NCBI GenBank assembly: GCA_039819565.1
Contig: JBCBRU010000001.1
Location: 4,098 to 68,097 of the forward strand
Length of the DNA stretch: 64,000 bases
DNA from: Myxococcota bacterium
GTDB taxonomy: Bacteria > Myxococcota > Kuafuiibacteriia > Kuafuiibacteriales > Kuafuiibacteriaceae
Reading direction: 5' to 3'
Of the stretch, positions 53,736 through 61,531 are shown piece by piece; position 1 is the first letter of the stretch; the number at the start of each line of letters is the position of its first letter. A model generated the notes under the pieces. That model was not told the origin of the DNA. It saw only the letters and a program-made list of their open reading frames with translations, and did no database searches. A program made the position numbers and the translations under genes.

Positions 53736-55198
53736 ACGCCCTCTCCCCTTCTACGTCCGCTGCGGCCCTCCTGACCGCCTTAGCCGCCCTCTCGACGTCT
53801 ACGGTCGAGGCGGCCCCGAGCACGCCCCCCGCGGAAGCCAGCGACTCCGCGTGGCGAGCCCAGCCCCCGCCGCTAGGCCCAAGCCCCAAGCTCGTCCTCC
53901 CGACCTTTCAGAAGGCCACCCTCGACAACGGGCTTACGGTCCTCGTGGCCCGGCTGAATCGGCTTCCCCTGGTGGCCTTCCAGCTGGTCACCAAGGGCGG
54001 CGCAGCTCTGGACCCCGCCGAAGCCCACGGCCTCGGAAACCTCATTTACGGCATGTTGGGCGAAGGCGCCGGATCTCGGAGCGCCCTGGCCTTCTCGGAC
54101 GCGGTGGCCGACCTCGGGGGCTCCTTTTCATCGGGCAGCGGCCGCGATCGGGGCTCCGTGTCCATCAGCGGCCTCTCCCGGCACAGTGAGGCGCTTGCGC
54201 AGCTCCTGGCCGACGCCGTGCTCCGGCCTCGGATGGAGTCAGCCGCTTTCGACCGCCTCAAGGCGCGGACGTTGGCGGGGCTTCAGGCGCGGCTCGGCAG
54301 CCCGCAGGGTCTGGCCTTCCTGAGGCTCCCCACCCTCCTGTACGGCGCGGATCACCCACTCGGGCATCCGCCCTCCGGCACCCTCGAGTCGCTCCCCGGA
54401 ATTGGCCTCGAGGACGTCGACACCCACCGAAAGCTCCTTCTCGACCCCAAAAGATCGGCCTTCGTAGCCGTGGGGAACATCACCCTCGAGGCCGGAGTGG
54501 CGCTCGCCCAACGTCACTTCGGGAGCTGGACCGCGCCGGATGCGCCGCCTCTCACGATTCCCCCCGTGGAAGCTCGAGAACGAAGTCAGATCGTGTTCAT
54601 CGACAAGCCTGGGAGCCCCCAGACGATGGCCGTCCTCGGCCGGCCCCTGTTCGGACGCGGCCATCCGCAGGAGCAAGCCCTGAGCTTGGCCAACCAGGCT
54701 TGGGGAGGGAGCTTCTCTTCGCGTCTCAACATGAACCTACGGGAGGAGAAGGGCTACACCTACGGAGCCGGCTCGCAGGTGAGCTTCCGGAACTCGGTCG
54801 GAGTTTTCGTCGCCTACGCCGCCCTTCAGCGGGTCTTCAGCGCCCCCGGTCTGAAAGAGTTCTTTGTCGAACTCACGGACCTCGAGACGAAGCCCCTGAG
54901 CGACGAGGAGATCGAGCGGGTGCGAACCGGGCTAGTGCGGTCGCTTCCAGGAGACTTCGAAGGCATCGGAAACCTCGCCGGGGCGGCGGCTCAGATCTTC
55001 GCCTACGACCTGCCGCTCGATCACTACGCTCGCCTCGCCGCCCGCATCGAGTCCACCACTGCGGACGAAGTGCGGGCCGCCGCGGACGCCTTCTTGGACC
55101 CCGGGGTCATGCAGGTGCTCATGGTAGGCGACGCAAAGACGGTCGTGCCGGCGCTCGAGGGGCTCGGCTTTTCGCCGATTACGCGCGTCGAGCCATGA
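53732..55198 (+). CDS. M16-family peptidase-like protein lacking HxxEH (non-catalytic partner subunit)
   Basis: ATGA overlap with the upstream M16 gene. Signal peptide MNALSPSTSAAALLTALAALSTSTVEA. M16 fold pattern, but the HxxEH position reads GLGNLIYGMLGEG. Confidence 0.85.
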   Translation: MNALSPSTSAAALLTALAALSTSTVEAAPSTPPAEASDSAWRAQPPPLGPSPKLVLPTFQKATLDNGLTVLVARLNRLPLVAFQLVTKGGAALDPAEAHGLGNLIYGMLGEGAGSRSALAFSDAVADLGGSFSSGSGRDRGSVSISGLSRHSEALAQLLADAVLRPRMESAAFDRLKARTLAGLQARLGSPQGLAFLRLPTLLYGADHPLGHPPSGTLESLPGIGLEDVDTHRKLLLDPKRSAFVAVGNITLEAGVALAQRHFGSWTAPDAPPLTIPPVEARERSQIVFIDKPGSPQTMAVLGRPLFGRGHPQEQALSLANQAWGGSFSSRLNMNLREEKGYTYGAGSQVSFRNSVGVFVAYAALQRVFSAPGLKEFFVELTDLETKPLSDEEIERVRTGLVRSLPGDFEGIGNLAGAAAQIFAYDLPLDHYARLAARIESTTADEVRAAADAFLDPGVMQVLMVGDAKTVVPALEGLGFSPITRVEP

Positions 55199-55335
55199 CG
55201 TCCGTCGGCTGAGCCTGGGGCTCCAGTGCCGGGGTTCGCCCGCGCTCGACGCCGACCCCTCGGAGGGGCGATGCTTCTGACACCCGGACGCCACGGGACG
55301 ATCCCTGGACCGTCGCGGGTTGGAGTATCGACGCC

Positions 55336-57078
55336 ATGACCATCGCTCTGACCGCTCTCCTGGCCCTCTCCGCCTCGCCGTCCGGCCCTTCGATCTCGGA
55401 CCCGACCGAGATTCTCGTCGATCTGCGCGACGATACTACCGACGCTGACGCTCAAGACCTCGGTCGAGCACATGGGCTTCGGCTGAGGCTCAACTCGCCG
55501 CAGGCGGTCGACGAGCGTTTCTTCGTGGCGCCGGTGGCGCCCTCGCGGTTCGAGACCCTGGTGAAGGCCCTTCGAAAGGATCCGCGGGTCGAAAACGTCG
55601 AGCCCAACTGGGTCTACGGCCTTCCCCGGGGCGAGAACTTGGCCAGCCCCTCGGAGCTTCCCGAGGAGGTCGAGCCGACGAAGGGGCCGCGACCTCCCAA
55701 CGACCCGCTTTGGCCCAAGCAGTGGTCCTTCCGCATGGTCGACGCCCCCGAAGCGTGGACCCGGGCCAGCGGCCGAGGCGTGGTCGTAGCCGTGATCGAC
55801 ACCGGTGTGGCCTTCGAGAAATACAAGAAGTTCCGACTGGTCGAGGACCTCGACGGGACCCGCTTCGTCGAGGGCTACAACTTCATCTCGGACACCAAGC
55901 ACGCGAACGACGACCACGGCCATGGCACCCACGTCGCCGGCACCATCGCGCAGTCCACGTTCAACGGACGCGGCGTGGCGGGTCTCGCGTATGAGGCCAA
56001 GATCATGCCCCTCAAGGTGCTCTCCAAACGCGGTTTCGGCACCGCGGGGGACATCGCGGATGCGATCCGCTTCGCCGCCGATGAAGGCGCTCACGTGATG
56101 AACCTCTCTCTCGGGGGAGGACCGCGTTCCCGGGTCATGGAGTCGGCGGTGGCGTACGCTCGTAAGAAGGGCGTCTTGGTCATCTGCGCCGCGGGCAACG
56201 GCGGGCGGGCCCGGGTGGAATACCCAGCCGCCTATCCTGGCGCCTTCGCGGTGAGCTCGGTGGGCCCCACCAAGCGTCTGGCCTTCTACAGCTCCTACGG
56301 ACCCGAAGTCGCCGTGGCTGGACCTGGCGGGGACAAGAACCTCGGCGGCGACGACGGAGGCATCCTCCAGAACACCATCGTGGCCAACCGCCCGGAGCTG
56401 ACGAACCTATACCTTTCGTATCAGGGCACCTCGATGGCCACTCCCCACGTGGCCGGCATCGCCGCCCTCGTCATCTCCGCCGGCGTCACGGACGCCGCCA
56501 AGGTGGAGGCGATCCTTCGGGAGACGGCCGAGGACCTCGGCGCAGGAGGTCGAGACGACCGATTCGGACACGGCTTGGTCAACGCGGCCAAAGCGGTTGA
56601 GGCTGCCCAGGCTTCGCGCGGGAGCTGGGCCCACGGCCTCCTCGCGGTGATCGGACTCCTCGGCGTCGCGCTGAGGCGCGGGGTGCGCCTCGCCGGAGGG
56701 CGCTTCGCTGGCGCCCTCGTGGGGGCGTCGCTCGGAAGCGGTGTCCTCTCGGCGCTCCTGCCCGGCTTGGGCTGGCTGGTCTCGGCCCCCCTCTGGGACC
56801 TTGGGGTGTTGGGCGCCGCCGCCCACTTCACGGCGCTGTGGGCATCCGCCGTCCCGATGCTCTTCCTTGCGATCGGGCTCCTTGCGGTGCCGCGCCTTCG
56901 CGGACTCCTCATCGGCCTTTCCGTAGGGTGGGCTGCTCATCTAGGCATCACCGCCGTCGCGGGCGGCGTAGATGTTCTTGGGATCCCGGGCGAGGCGGGA
57001 TGGTTCGACCGCGCCTGGCTCGCCCTGCAATCTATCCTTCTTTTCGCTCTCGCCCTGCGCATCGCTCGCGCCCGCTGA
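55336..57078 (+). CDS. S8 subtilisin-family serine protease with I9-like propeptide and C-terminal polytopic membrane domain
   Basis: Signal MTIALTALLALSASPSG. Catalytic triad boxes VVAVIDTGV, HGTHVAGTIA and GTSMATPHVAGIAAL. The last ~150 aa contain about 5 hydrophobic helices. Confidence 0.9.
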   Translation: MTIALTALLALSASPSGPSISDPTEILVDLRDDTTDADAQDLGRAHGLRLRLNSPQAVDERFFVAPVAPSRFETLVKALRKDPRVENVEPNWVYGLPRGENLASPSELPEEVEPTKGPRPPNDPLWPKQWSFRMVDAPEAWTRASGRGVVVAVIDTGVAFEKYKKFRLVEDLDGTRFVEGYNFISDTKHANDDHGHGTHVAGTIAQSTFNGRGVAGLAYEAKIMPLKVLSKRGFGTAGDIADAIRFAADEGAHVMNLSLGGGPRSRVMESAVAYARKKGVLVICAAGNGGRARVEYPAAYPGAFAVSSVGPTKRLAFYSSYGPEVAVAGPGGDKNLGGDDGGILQNTIVANRPELTNLYLSYQGTSMATPHVAGIAALVISAGVTDAAKVEAILRETAEDLGAGGRDDRFGHGLVNAAKAVEAAQASRGSWAHGLLAVIGLLGVALRRGVRLAGGRFAGALVGASLGSGVLSALLPGLGWLVSAPLWDLGVLGAAAHFTALWASAVPMLFLAIGLLAVPRLRGLLIGLSVGWAAHLGITAVAGGVDVLGIPGEAGWFDRAWLALQSILLFALALRIARAR

Positions 57079-57524
57079 ACCCCTCCGATACTTTCGAGTC
57101 ACTTTCTCGACGTCGAGGGGTTGCACTGACCGCCTTCGAGGCGCATTGTGAAGCTGGAGCTGGGGAGAACCCCAACCCCTCCGAGAAGCTCTCGGATGGG
57201 TTGGAACTTACTCTCAGCTGAGCAACTCCAAAAGCCTCGGTGGCTCTCCGGGGTCGGAAGGGAGTTGCGGGAGGGCGAGCACCATCGAGAGCGAACTCGA
57301 GGAACATTCGAAATCCCGTTGAAAGATACCCATGCTTGGCATGGGGTGGTCGTGCGCGAGCCCGAGCGAAGCCAGGCCGGTCCGTCCTTGGTGCCATCTC
57401 TCACCCACCGCAACGCAACCCACGTTGCGCGAGAGTTGTATAACTGAGGAAAGTGACTTGTCTCGGCGAGCCGCGGCGTATCGTCAATCCCGCCCGGTAG
57501 AGCCGGCCCCGGCGCACGACGACG

Positions 57525-57570
57525 AAAGCCCGCCCCGCGAATCCATCGCCGGGCGGGCTTTGCTTTTTTG
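57525..57570 (+). terminator. rho-independent terminator
   Basis: AAAGCCCGCCC (57525-57535) pairs perfectly with GGGCGGGCTTT (57551-57561). The stem can be extended by 4 more bp with one mismatch. It is followed by GCTTTTTTGG (T6 tract). The minus-strand reading gives only 3 U, so it is plus-oriented. Confidence 0.8.
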
Positions 57571-57590
57571 GTGCAGCTTCGACAAGAGCC

Positions 57591-58223
57591 GTGTCCGTGC
57601 CCTCCCTCCAGGAGATCGTCGAGACCTTGGCAAACCTCGAAGGCTCGGCCGCCCCGATCCTCTTTTTGGTCTCCGTCGTCGACGTGGTGCTGTGTCTCCC
57701 GGCGGCCTGGCTCGCCTTTAGCGCCGGCGCTCTCCTGGGACTGGTCAAGGGCACCCTCGTGGTGAATCTCGCCGGAGTGACCAGCGCTGCCCTCGTACGT
57801 CTCCTCGCTCACGGCCCCGTGGGTCGCCCCGTGCTTGGCTGGCTGGAACGGAGCCCGAAGCTGAGCCTGATACGTCGAGTGCTCGAGGACGGTGGCTGGA
57901 AGCTGACTCTTTTGATTCGGCTCTCCCCGGCTTTGCCCCTCGGGCTCACCCACTGGCTATTCGGGTTCGTACGGCTCCCGCTCCCGGTCTATTTGCTCGT
58001 GACCGCGGTCGCGACCTTTCCCGCTCAGCTGATGTGGGCGCACTTCGGGGTCACGGGGCGCCAGGGCATCGAGCTTTGGGCCCATCCCGAGACGGCAGAC
58101 CCGCTGCAACTCGCGTTCATGGCCACGAGCGTGGTCGCCACGGTCGCGTCCGTGACGTTCCTCGGAGTGCTGGCTCGCCGCCGGGTTCAGGTCGAGATGG
58201 ACCGGGCGCGCGTGGCACCCTAG
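57591..58223 (+). CDS. TVP38/TMEM64 (DedA-related, SNARE-associated) family membrane protein
   Basis: GTG start; ~5 TM segments. Family-like core GGWKLTLLIRLSPALPLGLTHWLFGFVRLPLPVYLLVTAVATFPAQLMWAHFG. Confidence 0.78.
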   Translation: MSVPSLQEIVETLANLEGSAAPILFLVSVVDVVLCLPAAWLAFSAGALLGLVKGTLVVNLAGVTSAALVRLLAHGPVGRPVLGWLERSPKLSLIRRVLEDGGWKLTLLIRLSPALPLGLTHWLFGFVRLPLPVYLLVTAVATFPAQLMWAHFGVTGRQGIELWAHPETADPLQLAFMATSVVATVASVTFLGVLARRRVQVEMDRARVAP

Positions 58224-58234
58224 CTCAGGGACCG

Positions 58235-59320
58235 ATGCTCGACCTGTACGTCTCGGAACCCGACTCGGGCGAGATCCGGCGTCGCCGGTGGGCCTTCGCC
58301 GTGATCTCTGGTCCGGACGCGGGGCATCGCTTCATCCCTGACCGGAGCCCCGCGCTCGCGGGCGCGGCCCCCTCGGCCGATCTGTGCCTCTCCGACGAAA
58401 CGGTCTCTCGGCTCCACGCAGAGATCGACCTCTTCTCAGGCGGGATCCGGGTGCGGGATCTACAAAGCACCAACGGCACCTGGCGCGATGGGGAGCGCAC
58501 CCGATCTACCTGGCTCGGACCTCGAGACCGCTTTGGCCTCGGGGAGACCCGCCTTCAGATCATCGCCCTCGACACACCCGCCGTCCCGCCTCCGATGCCG
58601 GCCGAGTCCGATCTCGTCGCTGTTTCGGAGAGCACCCGGCGGGTGGCGAGGTGGGTGTCGATTCTGGCCGGTCTCGACGACGGGGTGGCGTTGGTCGGGC
58701 CGCGGGGATCCGGCCGAAGAACGTGGGCGAGGCGCCTTCACGAGATATCGCCGCGCCGCGACGGGCCGTTCGTGGAGGCCTTTGCCGGCCGCCCGGACCT
58801 CCTCTCAGAGGGCGGTCCGATGGCTCGGTCTGAGCAGGGGACGTTGCTTCTCGACACCCCCGGCGCCCTCGACCCCGGAGCCCAGCTCCAGCTTCTGGAG
58901 GCTCTCGACCGGGACCGCGCCCCGCGAGTTCTCGTCCGTGACGTCGCCCCGATCCACGGTCAACTGGTGCATGGGCTCGGCGAACGGCTGGCCCCGGTGC
59001 ATCTGCCCCTGGATCCCCTCTCACATCGTCCCGCGGATCTCGAGGCGTGGCTCCGTCGACTCGCGGCGGCCCGGGGCATGCGCTCTTTGGGAGCGGCGCT
59101 CAATCGCTGGCGACGTACGCAGCCCAAAACGAGCTTCGAGAGCTCGGCCCGGGCCTTCGAGGACGCGAGCCCGGAAGAGGAGACGCTGCGGGCTGCCGTC
59201 CTCGAAGACCTCCTCCGCAGCTTCGAAGGGGACGTGGACGCGGCCGCGAGGGCTTTGGCGGTGTCGTCTCGGGAGCTCTTCGCGGAGCTGTCGCGGCGCG
59301 ACGTACCTATCCCGGAGTGA
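58235..59320 (+). CDS. FHA-domain protein with degenerate sigma-54-activator-type AAA+ domain and C-terminal Fis-like HTH
   Basis: FHA: LAGAAPSADLCLSDETVSRLHAEIDLFSGGIRVRDLQSTNGTWRDGERT. AAA+-like VALVGPRGSGRRTWARRLH (no Walker Lys) and GTLLLDTP (no DE). C-terminal FEGDVDAAARALAVSSRELFAELSRRDV. Confidence 0.72.
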   Translation: MLDLYVSEPDSGEIRRRRWAFAVISGPDAGHRFIPDRSPALAGAAPSADLCLSDETVSRLHAEIDLFSGGIRVRDLQSTNGTWRDGERTRSTWLGPRDRFGLGETRLQIIALDTPAVPPPMPAESDLVAVSESTRRVARWVSILAGLDDGVALVGPRGSGRRTWARRLHEISPRRDGPFVEAFAGRPDLLSEGGPMARSEQGTLLLDTPGALDPGAQLQLLEALDRDRAPRVLVRDVAPIHGQLVHGLGERLAPVHLPLDPLSHRPADLEAWLRRLAAARGMRSLGAALNRWRRTQPKTSFESSARAFEDASPEEETLRAAVLEDLLRSFEGDVDAAARALAVSSRELFAELSRRDVPIPE

Positions 59321-59361
59321 GCTGTTTTTGACCTGATGCCCGACGTGCCCATGATCTCGAC

Positions 59362-60351
59362 ATGTTGGAGGTAGCTGCGCTCCTGGTGGCGGTCGGCGTG
59401 AGCCCGTTTCTGGCGGTCGCGTCGTTCGGCTTGGCCGATGTTCTTGGTCTGGGGACACTCCCCGACGGCCTCTCCGCGATGGCCCATCCGGTCAGTATCG
59501 TATTGAGCGCGTCCCTGGGCGCGGTCCTGCATTCGGGTCGCTCGTCCAAGTTTACGAAGCCTTTCGCGGAGCTCGGGGGCCTCGTCGAGTCGGCCTTTGC
59601 CCTCGTCGTCGGCCTTGCCGCCACCCTTCCGCTGATCTCGGCTCTGGGTACGGGAGGTGCGGTCGCCTTTGCTCTCGCGGTGTTGACCTTGCTGACCCTC
59701 ATCCTCGCGGTGCGCACCAGCCTGGACGTCTTGGTCTGGCTCACCCCCCTCCCGTTCGTCGACGCGGCGTTTCAGACGACCAAGCTGATGGTGGCCGGTC
59801 TCCTCGTGGCAGCGACCCTCATCTCCCCTCCCGCCGCCCTCGTCATGGCCGGGGCGGGGCTCCTCGGTGCCGGCCTCCTGGGCCGGTGGGCGGCACGCGG
59901 ACTCCGGCTCGGGTGGACGGTCCTCGGCGATCGCACCTGGCGTCGAGGCGAACTCCGAGGCATCCCCCGAGACGAGGTCGTGGACGGCGATCTCGGCCCC
60001 TTCGACGGTTTTGCTCTCGACCTCCCCGGCGTGGCTCGACACGCCCCCGCCCAGGTGGAGCTACGCGCCGGTCGGTGGTTCCTCATCGGAGCTGGCCCTG
60101 GGGGACCGACCACCCCCGATACGCCGCTGGGCGAAGGTGAGCATGCGGTCCTGGCCCGCACCTGGGCGGGACTGGAACTCCGTATCGGTGAGCGCGCGGT
60201 CCTGCTTCCTCCTCGGTACCTCCCGTTCACGGAGCAGATTCGTGAGGAGTCAAGGGCGTCTCCCAGCCCTCGCGCGGCCTCCTCAAAGAGCGCTCGCGAG
60301 GATCGTCGGCGGAGTATCGGCGTGGGCCGTCAGACTCCTAACGCCTCGTGA
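59362..60351 (+). CDS. hypothetical polytopic membrane protein with soluble C-terminal domain
   Basis: N-terminal ~175 aa contain about 5-6 hydrophobic helices (LEVAALLVAVGVSPFLAVASFGL, AFALVVGLAATLPLISALG, VAFALAVLTLLTLILAV, LMVAGLLVAATLISPPAALVMAGAGLLGAGLLG). The C-terminal ~150 aa are hydrophilic. Confidence 0.55.
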   Translation: MLEVAALLVAVGVSPFLAVASFGLADVLGLGTLPDGLSAMAHPVSIVLSASLGAVLHSGRSSKFTKPFAELGGLVESAFALVVGLAATLPLISALGTGGAVAFALAVLTLLTLILAVRTSLDVLVWLTPLPFVDAAFQTTKLMVAGLLVAATLISPPAALVMAGAGLLGAGLLGRWAARGLRLGWTVLGDRTWRRGELRGIPRDEVVDGDLGPFDGFALDLPGVARHAPAQVELRAGRWFLIGAGPGGPTTPDTPLGEGEHAVLARTWAGLELRIGERAVLLPPRYLPFTEQIREESRASPSPRAASSKSAREDRRRSIGVGRQTPNAS

Positions 60352-60413
60352 TGTCTGTTAAAAAGTGTAGCTCGGATTGCCAAGAGGGCGGCCCCGCCGG
60401 TAGACGCCCCGAA

Positions 60414-61511
60414 ATGCTGCGTCGCCTTGCCGTTTGTCTCGGGCTTCTTGTTGCCGCCTGCGGCGACGACAGCCCCCTACAACCCGCGGACAGCGGAACC
60501 GTAGCGCCGCCGCCAGATCTGGGGCCGCCAGATTCGGGGGTCACGCCCTTCGATGCGGGGACCCGGCCCGACACCGGATCGCCGGACGCTGGCTTCGCGG
60601 ACCCGTCTATCCTCGGCCAAGGTCAGGAGATCATTGGGGGGCCGCTCCTTTTCGTGACGCTACGGGGCACGCTGACTTCGACCATGCCCCCGCTGGTGCT
60701 CCTTCCTACCGGCCCGATGCATGGCCAGGAGTACCTCTACGACCCGACCGAGTTCCTCCTCGGTTCGGGCGGCGTCGATGCTCCGAATCGCCTGATGGTC
60801 TACCTCGACCTTCGCGCCACGGGACGCTCCGCGTTCGGGGCCATCGGGGACGCGGAGGTCACGGTGGAAAACCACATCAAGGACGTCGAGAACATCGTGA
60901 CCTATATCGACGGCCTTCTCGGCCGAACCGGCCCCATCGACTTCCTCGGACACGGCTACGGCGCTGGGATCGCCGTACTTTATGCCGCCCGCCACGGCGA
61001 CCGGGTCAGTCGCCTGGTGCTGTCGAATCCCTTCCCTGCGAACGTCCAGGACAACGCTCGCTGGAACGAGAACTACCGCGCCCGCCTCAACGCCGCGGAG
61101 TCCGAGCGGCTCGTCGACCTCACCCAGCCCCGGATCTGTCTGCAGGATCTCGAGCGCTGCAGCCTCGAGGCCTGGAACATCATCGGCCCCACCTGGATCT
61201 GTCGCGAAAACGAGACCAAGTACCGGACGCTGAGGTTCGAGCACTTGGACTATCGAGCCTTCGGCTTCTTCATCAATCGTGACCTGCGCAACGACCAGTA
61301 CGACTGGAGCACCACCATGGGCCTGCTGTCCGGCATCGATACCACCATCATCTCCGGACCTTGCGACCCCATCCCCGCCGAATCGCCGATGACCTACACC
61401 GCGAGCATCGCAGGCTCGGTTCACTACGTCGTGCCCGAGAGCGGACACTTCACCCTCGTCGAGCAGGCAGAGGCGTTCCGTCGCATCGTCCTCCGGGCGC
61501 TCACGTACTGA
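60414..61511 (+). CDS. alpha/beta-hydrolase-fold lipoprotein (proline-iminopeptidase-like) with nucleophile Ser replaced by Gly
   Basis: ATG 60414 gives MLRRLAVCLGLLVAACGDD (lipobox) plus a PDxG linker. The nucleophile elbow reads IDFLGHGYGAGIAVLYAARHGDRVSRLVLSNP. C-terminal ESGHFTLVEQ (His region). Confidence 0.72.
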   Translation: MLRRLAVCLGLLVAACGDDSPLQPADSGTVAPPPDLGPPDSGVTPFDAGTRPDTGSPDAGFADPSILGQGQEIIGGPLLFVTLRGTLTSTMPPLVLLPTGPMHGQEYLYDPTEFLLGSGGVDAPNRLMVYLDLRATGRSAFGAIGDAEVTVENHIKDVENIVTYIDGLLGRTGPIDFLGHGYGAGIAVLYAARHGDRVSRLVLSNPFPANVQDNARWNENYRARLNAAESERLVDLTQPRICLQDLERCSLEAWNIIGPTWICRENETKYRTLRFEHLDYRAFGFFINRDLRNDQYDWSTTMGLLSGIDTTIISGPCDPIPAESPMTYTASIAGSVHYVVPESGHFTLVEQAEAFRRIVLRALTY

Positions 61512-61531
61512 GTGCGCTAAGCTCGTGGGCG

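Noticed and set aside
57148-57447. 99-aa ORF inside the 57-kb gap as a real gene
   Set aside because: It runs through four clean hairpins and has lower GC than neighbouring genes with no obvious third-position GC enrichment by eye. No signal peptide or motif is visible and no Shine-Dalgarno sequence stands out. It cannot be fully excluded without comparative data.
57100-57570. Identity of the 57.1-57.57 kb structured region as tmRNA, RNase P RNA, SRP RNA or 6S RNA
   Set aside because: There is no tRNA-like 3' end (GGTTCGAnTCC...CCA) or tag ORF for tmRNA. The GAGGAAAGTCCGGGC / ACAGAAnCCGGCTTA blocks of RNase P are absent (only a partial GAGGAAAGTG). There is no SRP domain-IV motif. A GGTCCGTCC string resembles part of E. 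coli 6S, but I could not build the long closing helix. The region is kept as an unassigned candidate in the findings.
58213-58228. TGGCAC...CTCA string upstream of the FHA/AAA+ gene as a sigma-54 promoter
   Set aside because: The -12 element (TTGC) is missing, and the motif lies only ~7-20 nt from the ATG, inside the end of the upstream gene. This is most likely chance in GC-rich DNA.
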